This document shows positions 30,742 through 40,277 of a stretch of DNA of 64,000 nt, in pieces (position 1 is the stretch's first letter; every line of letters begins with the position of its first letter). Position numbers and translations under genes: made by a program. Source of the DNA: Deltaproteobacteria bacterium (GTDB lineage Bacteria; Desulfobacterota_D; UBA1144; Nemesobacterales; CSP1-2). The notes beneath the pieces are model-generated. The model worked only from the letters and a program-made list of their open reading frames with translations, had not been told where the DNA came from and did no database searches. The stretch lies in the NCBI GenBank assembly GCA_052390235.1, contig JBQTHB010000006.1, positions 1 to 64,000 of the forward strand, in the 5' to 3' direction.

Positions 30742-31977
30742 TTACTCGTGTCTCAGCGCCTCTATGGGATCGAGCTTTGACGCCCTATTCGCCGGATATA
30801 GCCCGAACACTATGCCCACTACTGCGGCGAAGGCAAAGGACAGCAGAACCGACTGCGGCGAAATCAACACGGGCCAGCCAGCCGATGCCGAGAGTATCTT
30901 TGAGCTTGCAATGCCGGCTAAAATCCCTACGAACCCTCCGGCGAGGCTCATCACAAGGGCCTCAGTGAGGAATTGAAGCAGAATATCTCGCCTCTTCGCC
31001 CCGACAGCCATTCTTATCCCAATCTCCCCAGTTCGCTCAGAGACTGAAACGAGCATGATGTTCATAATCCCCACGCCGCCCACCAAGAGCGAAATCGAGG
31101 CTATTGCGAGCAGCAACATAGCCAGCACGCGCGTCGTCGCCTCGGCAGACTTCACGATGTCATCCAGCGAGCGGACGGTAAAATCGTCCTCTTCGGATGG
31201 AGGGATTCTGTGGCGGGCGCGCAGAATTTGCCTAATTTCATTCGCAGCTTCCGGCATTGAGTATTCATCGAGAGCCGATACCTGAATACTCCCCACTCTG
31301 CCCGCGAGTTCCGCTCCCAATACTTTTCTCTCTGCTGTGGTGAAGGGAATCAGCGCGGCGTCGTCTTGGTCGGCGCCGAAACTGGTCTGCCCCTTCGCGC
31401 TTAAGACTCCGATGATTCTAAAGGGGATGTTCTTTATGCGCACGACTTGGCCTATAGGCTGAGAACCCTCATAAAACAGGTTATCAGCCACGGTTCTGCC
31501 TAAGACAGCGACGTTTGACGCCGCGTCCATATCGCGTTTTGTGAAAAAAGCCCCAGATTCAAGACCCCAATCCCTAACTTCAACGTATTCGGGCGTAACC
31601 CCGTAAACTCCCGTGTTCCAGTTCTGGTTTCCGTTTACTATCTGAAAAACGCCGCGCCTCGAGTACGTAACCGCCGCTATGAAACGGGCCTCCCGCTCGA
31701 GAGCTTCTGCGTCGCCGACGGTGAGGGTCTGCGCCGTGCCTGCGCCCGCCCGTACGCCGCCGTGGGTCGCGCTTCCCGGAAAGATGAGAATCATATTCGC
31801 CCCAAGGCTCGCGATTTGACTGCGAACCAGGGCGCTTGCCCCCTGCCCTAGGCTCACCATAGAGATAACCGCCCCGACGCCGATAATGACGCCGAGCATG
31901 GTCAGAATCGAGCGCATCCGGTTTCGCGCGAGCTCCTTGAGGGCAATTCTTACGGCTATGAAAATTAAATTAGCCAT
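30742..31977 (-). CDS. MacB-type ABC transporter permease (no ATPase domain)
   Basis: RSILTMLGVIIGV, GGVGIMNIMLVSVSERT.EIGIR, LDPIEALRHE. Confidence 0.93.
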   Translation of the reverse strand: MANLIFIAVRIALKELARNRMRSILTMLGVIIGVGAVISMVSLGQGASALVRSQIASLGANMILIFPGSATHGGVRAGAGTAQTLTVGDAEALEREARFIAAVTYSRRGVFQIVNGNQNWNTGVYGVTPEYVEVRDWGLESGAFFTKRDMDAASNVAVLGRTVADNLFYEGSQPIGQVVRIKNIPFRIIGVLSAKGQTSFGADQDDAALIPFTTAERKVLGAELAGRVGSIQVSALDEYSMPEAANEIRQILRARHRIPPSEEDDFTVRSLDDIVKSAEATTRVLAMLLLAIASISLLVGGVGIMNIMLVSVSERTGEIGIRMAVGAKRRDILLQFLTEALVMSLAGGFVGILAGIASSKILSASAGWPVLISPQSVLLSFAFAAVVGIVFGLYPANRASKLDPIEALRHE

Positions 31978-31980
31978 GCG

Positions 31981-33231
31981 CTAGAAACCGAACCTCGGCG
32001 GGCGCGCCGCCGCAGGAGAGTCCCTTTTATCCGAGACCGCGCCGATGATGACGGAGTCGCCTTCCTTGACCGTACCAGATTTAATTTCGGTGAAATTGCC
32101 GTCGGAAAGCCCCGCTTCGACCCGCACTGAAATGGCATCGCCGTCTTTAGACAGTATCCAAATCTCCGCGCCTGCTCCGGCGTGAGATTCCCTAGGAGAG
32201 TCCGCTCCGGCGCGCGCATGAGGGCTTTTTTTGTGAGCGGCGGCGGGGCGGAACCTGAAAGCCGCGCTTGGAGCTAAGAGCGCGCCCTTTTGCCGGGCGG
32301 CGAGGATTGAAACATTAGCCGTCATTCCGGGCTTGAGCCTCAGCCCCGCATTTTCGACCTCTATTATGACATCGTAGGTAACGACGTTCTGCACGGTTAC
32401 AGGAGAGTTTCTAATCTGCGCCACAGTTCCATCGAATTTTATATTCGGGAACGCGTCAACGGTAAAATCCGCCCTCTGCCCGGAGGAGACCCTGCCGATG
32501 TCCGCCTCGACGACGCTTGCGCTGACCTGCATTTTTGCCAAATCCTCGGCTATTACAAAGAGCGTTGGGGCTTGAAGGCTCGCCGATACAGTCTGCCCCA
32601 CGTCAACGGCGCGGGATATGACGATGCCGTCAACCGGGGAGATAATCCTCGTGTAGCCCAAATCGGACTCGGCTGATTTGAGATTCGCCCTAGCCTGCTC
32701 GACCTGCGCGAGGGCGGTTTTATATAACGCCTCCTGCGCATTAACCTGCGCCGAAGCGACGTCGCTGGATGCCTGCGCGCCATCTAACTGGCTCTCAGAG
32801 ACAATCCCCCGATGAAATAGGTCTTCGGCGCGCTTGAAATTCCTTGCCGCCTGCGTCAAATCCACGCGCGATTTGCCGAGATTGGCTCTGGCGGCGAGCG
32901 ATGCGGCATATTGAGCGGCGAGGTTCGCCCTCCCCGCGTCAACCTTAGCCTGAAACGGCTCAGGGTCAATTTCGGCTACTATGTCGCCTTTTTTCACTGC
33001 GGAGTTGAAGTCGGCAAAGAGGTTTTTTATCCGCCCTGTAACCTGACTGCCGACCTGCACAGTAACCAATGGGTTCAGAACGCCGGAGGCGGTAACGGAC
33101 TCGGCGATATCCCCGCGCGAGACCTTAGCCGTAATATATTCGACTCCCTCTCTGCCGCGGTTCCAATATCCGTAGCCCGCAATGAGCAGGAATGCAGAGA
33201 CGAGCGCGAGATACAGAAGTGGCTTTTTCAT
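31981..33231 (-). CDS. macA: MacA-like periplasmic adaptor subunit
   Basis: VQVGSQVTG, alpha-hairpin, SPVDG, GQTVSASLQAPTLF, LKPGMTA. Confidence 0.9.
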   Translation of the reverse strand: MKKPLLYLALVSAFLLIAGYGYWNRGREGVEYITAKVSRGDIAESVTASGVLNPLVTVQVGSQVTGRIKNLFADFNSAVKKGDIVAEIDPEPFQAKVDAGRANLAAQYAASLAARANLGKSRVDLTQAARNFKRAEDLFHRGIVSESQLDGAQASSDVASAQVNAQEALYKTALAQVEQARANLKSAESDLGYTRIISPVDGIVISRAVDVGQTVSASLQAPTLFVIAEDLAKMQVSASVVEADIGRVSSGQRADFTVDAFPNIKFDGTVAQIRNSPVTVQNVVTYDVIIEVENAGLRLKPGMTANVSILAARQKGALLAPSAAFRFRPAAAHKKSPHARAGADSPRESHAGAGAEIWILSKDGDAISVRVEAGLSDGNFTEIKSGTVKEGDSVIIGAVSDKRDSPAAARPPRFGF

Positions 33232-33317
33232 GGAAAGTTCCTTATGAATGAGTTAAACCGCTCAAAGCCGAGGTTGCCGCCGAGCAGTGCGGAGCGCAAG
33301 TCCCCCCCTCGGTACGC

Positions 33318-34052
33318 CTATTCATCGAGGGGGTTTTTCCATTCAAACACCTGAAGCGCGGCTCTGTAATCCGAGAAGTCCTCAAATACATAATCCGGGG
33401 AAAATTTGGATAAATCCTCAACCGAATAAGACCCCGTAGCCACGGCGACGGTTATAGCCCCCGCCGCTTTTCCGTGAGTAATATCCAGAGGGGTGTCCCC
33501 GATGACAAACACGGCGTCGAAGATGTCGTAGCGGTTTAAATGCGCCTTCGCCCTTGCAATGGCAAAGCGTATGAGCCGCTCGCGGTTTTCAGAATCCGAG
33601 CCGAAGCCGCCGAATTTGAAATATTTATCCAGCCCCGCGTGTCTGAGCTTTATCCAAGCCCCTTTCTCAATATTGCCGCTTGCGACGCCCAGGACGAGGT
33701 CTTTTCTCTCGGATGCGGCTTTGAGCAAATCCGGCACCCCGGGGAGGACTTTAAACCTCTTCGATGCCGCAAGCTCCTCGCCGAGGAGAGGCTCGTACTC
33801 GCGAAAGACCCTCTCGGCTTCATGCGGGAGGAAATCCCTTCCAAGCGTGTTACTGAACATCTCCCGCAGGATGATGGGGTCGGTCTTGCCGTCGGCTTTT
33901 ACGCCGTTCATGGCATTGGCAACGCCGAATACCTTCTCAAAAGCGCGGTTTATCGCGTTCGTAGCCGCGCCTCCGGCTAGGAGCATCGTTCCATCAATAT
34001 CGAAGAGCAGGAGTTTCAATTTACGGTCAACGTGGATTTTGGATTGCTTCAC
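33318..34052 (-). CDS. HAD family hydrolase
   Basis: LLFDIDGT, GGFGSD, VIGDTPLD. Confidence 0.9.
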   Translation of the reverse strand: MKQSKIHVDRKLKLLLFDIDGTMLLAGGAATNAINRAFEKVFGVANAMNGVKADGKTDPIILREMFSNTLGRDFLPHEAERVFREYEPLLGEELAASKRFKVLPGVPDLLKAASERKDLVLGVASGNIEKGAWIKLRHAGLDKYFKFGGFGSDSENRERLIRFAIARAKAHLNRYDIFDAVFVIGDTPLDITHGKAAGAITVAVATGSYSVEDLSKFSPDYVFEDFSDYRAALQVFEWKNPLDE

Positions 34053-34141
34053 GGAATTCCCCCTGTCATTTATAGAGCAGTTTAAAGTATAGCCTCTAGC
34101 CGGCGGATTGGTGGGATTTTCCCAAGCGAGCCGCCCCCCAT

Positions 34142-35143
34142 CTAAGGAACGGATTGCGCCGCGGCGTAGAAATCCGTCTCAAGCTCCCAAATCTGCGCCG
34201 CCAGAGAGGAGGCGCCGCAAAGAGCCTGCCTCGACGGGTCGCCCTCGCTTATGCTCTTGAGAACCTGAGCCATCGCCGCCCATTTCGAGGCTATGGCGTC
34301 CATTTTCCTATATAGCCCAAACTCCCGAACCACAGGGGCTATCCCCTCAGCCTCGGCTAGGAAATCCGAATAGAGCCGACGAAACCCGCAGCCGCACACC
34401 CCGCGCCTCGCAATCACCTGATAGCCAAACCGGGCGCACCAGCGCCAATCCTGCGCGCCGAGCCAATTGGGCAGGTCTTCAGCCCATAGTTTTATCATCC
34501 CCACGCCGGACTCCCCCCTTGCGCCCACTCTGCCCTCAATCATTTTGCGCGCGCCCAGGCGTATGGCCTCGGGGATTATTTCACCGAGTGGCTTAATTGG
34601 GGTCTGGGGATTTACCTCGAACCAGTTATTGCGAAGCGGGTTGGACGGCGCCTTAGACGAGCGTCCCCGCTTGAATTTATCGTATGAGACCGCCTGAAGC
34701 CCCTCGAATTGAGTGTCGGCGAGATATGCAATCTGGGCCTCGTCGTCATATCCCCAGACGGAGACTACGTGTCCCGGAAAATTCGTGTTTGATTTATAGT
34801 AATCCAGATAAAAAACATCGGTCTGAATGAGTACGGGAACGCCGCGATTTATGAAGTCCTTTACTATTTCGAGAGCGGCGGCGTCATCGTCTTCATAGTT
34901 CCAGACCGTCGGTTTATCCACGAGGCTGAAGAAGGAGGTTTCCATCTCTGGGCCGCGGAGGAAAATCATCCTAGTCGGGCTAATGTCGGCGCGGCGGGTG
35001 TAGTAGAACCCAAGCCCTGCGCCGAGTCCGAAGCACATAGCCTCCGACATCGGGCATCCGTGATAGGCCATGACGTCCCGAATAGCCGTGGAGCCGCAGT
35101 GAACTCCCGGTGTATGCGCCCAGTTTTTGATGATTTGTCTCAT
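34142..35143 (-). CDS. BtrH N-terminal-domain protein (papain-like Cys/His/Asp fold)
   Basis: GVHCGST, SEAMCFGLGAGLGF, FPGHVVSVWGYD, YLADT; start ATG 35143. Confidence 0.8.
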   Translation of the reverse strand: MRQIIKNWAHTPGVHCGSTAIRDVMAYHGCPMSEAMCFGLGAGLGFYYTRRADISPTRMIFLRGPEMETSFFSLVDKPTVWNYEDDDAAALEIVKDFINRGVPVLIQTDVFYLDYYKSNTNFPGHVVSVWGYDDEAQIAYLADTQFEGLQAVSYDKFKRGRSSKAPSNPLRNNWFEVNPQTPIKPLGEIIPEAIRLGARKMIEGRVGARGESGVGMIKLWAEDLPNWLGAQDWRWCARFGYQVIARRGVCGCGFRRLYSDFLAEAEGIAPVVREFGLYRKMDAIASKWAAMAQVLKSISEGDPSRQALCGASSLAAQIWELETDFYAAAQSVP

Positions 35144-35273
35144 TGCGCCGATTGATATTTTACCAGACCCTTGGCAATTTTCATCAATTTTACCGCCCCC
35201 TCGGAACGCCGCTGTCTTCCGCCTCCGCCCTGTGATATAATGGCGAAAAATACGATTCGACGGAGAGTGCAAG

Positions 35274-36707
35274 ATGAAAACACCCGATGAATACGTCGAG
35301 AGCCTAAGGAGCCTGCACCCCACGGTCTATATCCGGGGGAATTTAGTCGAGAGCATACCCGACGAGCCGCTGCTTCAGCCCGGAATCAACGCCATAGCCC
35401 TCACCTACGAATACGCGCTAAACCCTGAGCATAGGGAAATTATGACGGCTACCTCCCACGTTACGGGCAGGGAGGTAAACCGCCTGCTTCATATCAACAC
35501 CTGCACCGACGACCTCATCAAAAAACTGGAGATGACCAGGCTCTTATGCCGCAATACCGGGTGCGCCCAGAGGTATCTCACCCATGACGCCCTCAACGCC
35601 CTATACGAAATCACCCATCTGACCGACGAGAGGCTGGGCGGGGAATATCACATCAGGTTTCTCAATTACCTCGAATACGCGCAGAACCAAGACCTCACCG
35701 CCTGCGTCGCCATGACCGATGCCAAAGGGGACCGCACAAAACGCCCGCATGAGCAGAAAGACCCAGATTTATACCTGAGAATCGTCGAGAAAAACGGCGA
35801 CGGCATCGTCGTAAGGGGCGTAAAAGCCATAGTAACCGGCGCGCCCTACACGCACGAAATCATGGTTCTGCCGACGAGGGCAATGAGCGAGAAAGACGCA
35901 GACTACGCCGTCGCGTTCGCCGTGGCGGTTGACGCAGAAGGTGTCGAGATGGTCTCTCGCCAAGCCGGACGCCCCAACGAGGCTGAAGCCGAGCTGACCT
36001 CGCGCTACGGGCAGGCAACGGCGATGATTCTATTCGACGACGTGTTTGTGCCTTGGGAGCGGGTTTTCTTAGCCGGGGAGTGGCAGTTCGCAGGGCTTAT
36101 AACGGAGTCCTTCGCCACTCATCACAGGCTCAGTTGCATCGGCTGCCGCGCCGGATTGGGGGATATGCTCATCGGGGCGTCGTCGCTCATGGCGGAGGCA
36201 AACGGGCTAGACCCAATGCGAGTCGGACACATAAGGGAAAAAATCAGCGAGCTTATAAAATTTACCGAGTCCTTCTATGCCTGCGGCGTGGCCTCTTCGG
36301 TATTCGGCAAAGAGACTGCGGCGGGGAATTTCTCGCCTGAGCCGGTTTATGCCAATATCGGAAAAATGCTCCAGGGGCTTCACATCTACGATATGTTCAA
36401 GCTCACGCACGAGACCGCAGGGGGAATCGTCGTAACCTCGCCCTACCCGGAGGACATGGAAATCCCGAATATTAAAGACAGGCTTTCGAGATACCTCACG
36501 GCAAGAGAGGACGTGCCGGCGGACAAGCGTCTTAGGGTGGCGCGGCTAATAGAGGATATTACGGCGTCGTATCAGGGCGGTTGGTACTCGGTCATAAGCA
36601 TTCACGGGGGCGGCTCGCCCGAAGCCGAGAGGATGGAGATAATGCGCAAATACGACATTGCCGAGAGACGCTCGCTCGTGGAGAAAATCGCAGGGATTAA
36701 GAAGTAG
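35274..36707 (+). CDS. 4-hydroxybutyryl-CoA dehydratase / HpaB-superfamily flavoprotein (divergent)
   Basis: MKTPDEYVESLR, AMTDAKGDR..RP, DGIVVRG.K, FDDVFVPWERVF, HGGGSP. Confidence 0.88.
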   Translation: MKTPDEYVESLRSLHPTVYIRGNLVESIPDEPLLQPGINAIALTYEYALNPEHREIMTATSHVTGREVNRLLHINTCTDDLIKKLEMTRLLCRNTGCAQRYLTHDALNALYEITHLTDERLGGEYHIRFLNYLEYAQNQDLTACVAMTDAKGDRTKRPHEQKDPDLYLRIVEKNGDGIVVRGVKAIVTGAPYTHEIMVLPTRAMSEKDADYAVAFAVAVDAEGVEMVSRQAGRPNEAEAELTSRYGQATAMILFDDVFVPWERVFLAGEWQFAGLITESFATHHRLSCIGCRAGLGDMLIGASSLMAEANGLDPMRVGHIREKISELIKFTESFYACGVASSVFGKETAAGNFSPEPVYANIGKMLQGLHIYDMFKLTHETAGGIVVTSPYPEDMEIPNIKDRLSRYLTAREDVPADKRLRVARLIEDITASYQGGWYSVISIHGGGSPEAERMEIMRKYDIAERRSLVEKIAGIKK

Positions 36708-36789
36708 CCCCGAAAATCAGGCAACCCCTAAAAATTAGCGCAAACTAATGCGATTGAAAACTGCCATATCATCCGCAAGAGACAATACT

Positions 36790-36950
36790 CGGACAGGCTC
36801 AGCGCAAACTCCGCCGGGGAATTTTATTAGGGATTTCTCGTTACGCTCGAAATGACAGCGGGGGTGTATTTACGAACTTTTATCTGTCATCTCAAACGCC
36901 CCAGCCGTGTTATTCAGAACGCAGAGGGGAATTTTATCGGGGATTTCTCG
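36790..36950. repeat. Cluster of degenerate REP-like units with a 25-bp direct repeat
   Basis: GGGGAATTTTAT(TA/CG)GGGATTTCTCG at 36816 and 36926 (23/25); GGATTTCTCGTTACGCTCGAAATGACA resembles the 12306 unit; inverted TGTCATCTC at about 36886. Confidence 0.6.
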
Positions 36951-36997
36951 CCGCTGGGCAAGCTCAAGCGGGCGGTTTTCAAAGCCCCCGCATTTTC

Positions 36998-37453
36998 TCA
37001 CCCTCGCCGAGAGAGGACAAATCCGAGGATGAGAAAAACCGCCGCCGCCAGAGGCAGGGGCCAAGGGGTCGAAGCGCCGAAGGAGAATTTAAATTTCAGC
37101 GTGAAATAGAGGGCGGGCAGGAGATTTATCAGCCCCAAAGCGGCAATTAGCCCCCGCGCCCATCCCTCGCCCCTGCGAAGCGGGATGAGGGACAAAACCC
37201 CGACGGCGATGCCGCCTGCGAGCGCGCCGACCCCTACGCCCCTTAGCAGAGCCAGAAACATCTCTTGAAAGCGAGGGGGGATTTCGCCCCACGAGACTGC
37301 TAAAACCTGTTCGTGATAGGGCAGTAGCTTCGGCGCGAGGAGATAAGTAATACCTGCGGCAATCATCGCCGACGCGAGGATTAGATTTGAGGCGAGGGCG
37401 AGTTTCATTTTACGGGGCATGGGGCCGGCTGACGAATTGGGGCTTGAGGGCAT
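36998..37453 (-). CDS. Hypothetical membrane protein (4 TM)
   Basis: Four hydrophobic segments, LPYHEQ loop; start uncertain. Confidence 0.7.
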   Translation of the reverse strand: MPSSPNSSAGPMPRKMKLALASNLILASAMIAAGITYLLAPKLLPYHEQVLAVSWGEIPPRFQEMFLALLRGVGVGALAGGIAVGVLSLIPLRRGEGWARGLIAALGLINLLPALYFTLKFKFSFGASTPWPLPLAAAVFLILGFVLSRRG

Positions 37454-37521
37454 GATTAAACCTCATCCTATGGTTGGAACGTTCACGGCATCGCGCCCCT
37501 GTGAAATCAACTGGATATGGG

Positions 37522-38115
37522 CTAGCCGCCGCTTCCCACGTCAATAATGTCGCCAAAAGCGCAGTCAGGCGGGTCAATGCACGGCTCAAAGCGGCTCTGG
37601 TTGCTGTGATTTGCCGTCATGCCGTAGCGGTGTCCGAGTTCGTGCTTCCAAAGCGGGAGTTGCCCGCACCTGCCGATACCGCCCTCGGCGATGACGATGA
37701 GGTCTGTCGAGGGGTAAAATATTCCGGCGCAGATAGTTCTATCCACGGCGTCGCACCCGAAATTGACCGGCACTACGAATACCCTCAAATCCGAGAGCGC
37801 GGATACATCGCCCGATAGCTCGGAGGAGAAATCATCAAGCCCCACAGCCGCGCTCTGAAATTGACACTGCAAAATATCCGCCGCCATCTCATCGAGAGCG
37901 TCGAGAATTTCCTGAGTCGAGACGTCAACGTCGTCCCTTACGGCGACTTTCATCCCGAACACCGGGCTAACGGAATCGAAATCCTGCAGGTTCGCCTCGG
38001 CTTCGTTGATGTCCGAGTCAACGTCAATTACATTCAAAGCCAAATCCCGCGCTTCATTGCAGTTTACGTTCATGATGGAAAATGCGAGCAATAGCAAGAG
38101 AGATAGATATTTCAT
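37522..38115 (-). CDS. Secreted/lipoprotein with HExxH zinc-metalloprotease motif
   Basis: Signal MKYLSLLLLLAFSIMNVNC; WKHELGHRYG; several Cys; GGAGG upstream. Confidence 0.7.
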   Translation of the reverse strand: MKYLSLLLLLAFSIMNVNCNEARDLALNVIDVDSDINEAEANLQDFDSVSPVFGMKVAVRDDVDVSTQEILDALDEMAADILQCQFQSAAVGLDDFSSELSGDVSALSDLRVFVVPVNFGCDAVDRTICAGIFYPSTDLIVIAEGGIGRCGQLPLWKHELGHRYGMTANHSNQSRFEPCIDPPDCAFGDIIDVGSGG

Positions 38116-38297
38116 TATGCCCAGCGACCTCCTTTGGCTCAAACACTCAAATTACAATAAGAAATATCCTATTATCGGCGAAATATCCAGATAATTTCCC
38201 ACTGGGCAGGCGATATTGCTAGGCGGCATCGAGGGGAAATCGGGGGTAACTCCCCATTTGCCGGGCTATGGAAACGAGAGGGGGATTAAAACGCTAG

Positions 38298-38340
38298 GGG
38301 AGCGGACAGACGGGACTTTGCCCCCTCTCCATCCGCTCCC
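38298..38340 (-). terminator. Stem-loop downstream of the 38363-39748 gene
   Basis: GGGAGCGGA...TCCGCTCCC perfect 9-bp arms. Confidence 0.55.
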
Positions 38341-38362
38341 AGGAATTTGTGGCTAACTATTT

Positions 38363-39748
38363 CTACGCCTTAGCCCGAATCTTCCCAGGCTCTGCGGCGC
38401 GCACCTTCTTCTTTTCCACCGGTTTCTCGAATGGGTCTTTAATGCCCGGATGAAAGAGCTTGAAGTGATTTTTGTGCATATCCGTGTACGAGCCTTGCGG
38501 GTAGTACTTGTCGTAGAACTCGGTGTCCAGGTGCATTGCCTGGAACACGAGCCTCATGTACATCGGGTCAACGAACGCCGGGAATCTGCCGTAGGTGTCA
38601 TATATGTAGTTGGCAACGTCCTTGACGATTTGAATCGTGTTCGCCGTGGGTCTTGGGGCTTTCATGAGGTGCTTGTCGGGTTCGGTGTAGGGGAATGGCT
38701 TCTCAGGCTTCCAAGCGCTGTCCTTATGCTCGTGGAATACGTCAATTGCCTCGTCCATATTTTTGAAGTACGGCGGGCAGTAGCCCTGCATAATTCCGTC
38801 TTTTCCGACGGGAACGGTTGTAGGAGGGTTTATCGCGCCTTTTTTCGGCTGAATGAACCTAAACCCGAGTCCCTTAAACAGTTGAGGCGCGCCGCCCATT
38901 GCGAATCTCGGAACGAGTCCGCTGAAAGTCCAGCCGGCAAGCCCAAGCGCCTGAAGGGCGAGGCTCATGTTCTGGCAGATGAACGCCTGCTCCACGTTCA
39001 GACCGGTGAGAATTCTCACCTCAAGGTCGAAGAGCGAGAGCTTCATATTCTCTTTGATTCTCCCCTTTTTAATCCACTCGTCCATTCCGGCGGATTTCCC
39101 CGTGAGGTCGTCAATTATCTGGAATCCGTAGGAGTTGCTGCAGTACAGGTGCAGGAGGTTTATGTACTCTTCGGTTACGTCCGTAACGGGAATGAAGGTG
39201 GTTGTTCCGGGCTTATTGGTGTTCCACTGATTGAACTCGAATAGCCCCGGCATTTTATCCGGCAGTTTCGCTCTGCCATCTTCGAGTTTCACCACGCTCT
39301 CTCTGTAGAGTTCAAGCACGCGCTTCATTTTCTCGTCGCGGTTCATTTTGAAGAACATATCGAGTTCGTGCTTCTGCGGGAGCATATGTTTTACGTCAAC
39401 GAAATATAGCCCGCTGTCGTTGGTGAAGAAAAGCTCCGTGCCGTGATTGTTGCAAGCAGAGGGCCAGGTGCGCCCCGTCCACTGGCACAGGAGGTCAATT
39501 CCGTTTTCAGGAGGCAGGTCGGCAAGGCAAAGCCCCGTAAGCCCAGTGCCTGACCACACTAAAAGCGCTTCCTCCATCTCATCGAGCGGTATGGGGGGAG
39601 CGGACGATTTAAATCCCAGAGAACTGTCGCTAAGCTCCATGCCCAAGCCGAAGCGGCGGGAGCGGCGGTTAAAGATGGAATCGAAAAGCGGGTATTTGAG
39701 AGCCGCCTCGTATCCTTTATTTAGAAAAGAATTACCCTTCTTAGCCAT
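38363..39748 (-). CDS. Uncharacterised nitroreductase-fold (SagB/ThcOx-like) flavoprotein
   Basis: NRRSRRF, GRTWPSA..HGTELFF and EQAFICQNMSLALQALGLAGW match FMN-binding nitroreductase motifs; AGGAGG RBS. Confidence 0.65.
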   Translation of the reverse strand: MAKKGNSFLNKGYEAALKYPLFDSIFNRRSRRFGLGMELSDSSLGFKSSAPPIPLDEMEEALLVWSGTGLTGLCLADLPPENGIDLLCQWTGRTWPSACNNHGTELFFTNDSGLYFVDVKHMLPQKHELDMFFKMNRDEKMKRVLELYRESVVKLEDGRAKLPDKMPGLFEFNQWNTNKPGTTTFIPVTDVTEEYINLLHLYCSNSYGFQIIDDLTGKSAGMDEWIKKGRIKENMKLSLFDLEVRILTGLNVEQAFICQNMSLALQALGLAGWTFSGLVPRFAMGGAPQLFKGLGFRFIQPKKGAINPPTTVPVGKDGIMQGYCPPYFKNMDEAIDVFHEHKDSAWKPEKPFPYTEPDKHLMKAPRPTANTIQIVKDVANYIYDTYGRFPAFVDPMYMRLVFQAMHLDTEFYDKYYPQGSYTDMHKNHFKLFHPGIKDPFEKPVEKKKVRAAEPGKIRAKA

Positions 39749-40277
39749 TGATATTCCTCCTGAGAGTAATAGTTAATTTGTAAAACGGATTTTAACAATA
39801 AAGTAACTCTCGGAAAAAATCAACTCCGAAGTTACCAAGCCCGTGCGCATCATAATGCGCGGCGCAGGATGCGAGAGAAAATACAGCGCCGCCCCACGAA
39901 TTGCGCGAATTATTGCCAAGTCAAAGAGTTTCATAAGTAACCTGAGGGGAAGCTAGGGGCGTGAATTTAGCGGCAATCCCAATGTCTCGGTAAGCCCTCA
40001 CTGCCGAGGCGTCATGCCATGAACGGACGCCCGCTCGATAGGGGCATTCTAGCATGAGATAACATAAAAGAGGCTCTGCGCATTTTATCCGGCATTATGA
40101 ACCGCGCGCGTCATGATTCATCACCTTCCAACTTTCATTTCCGAGGATTTTATTTATATTATGTAGCACATTTTTTTGCGCGTCCGAGGATTCCGGCCCA
40201 CTATCCGCTTCATCTGCCGCCCTCTCATCCGAATCTCCCGACGCCAAAACCCAAAGCCACAGAGGAGCAAACCCGCT

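Noticed and set aside
36816..36950. 25-bp direct repeats as a mini-CRISPR
   Set aside because: Two imperfect copies 110 bp apart; the intervening DNA is itself made of REP-like units
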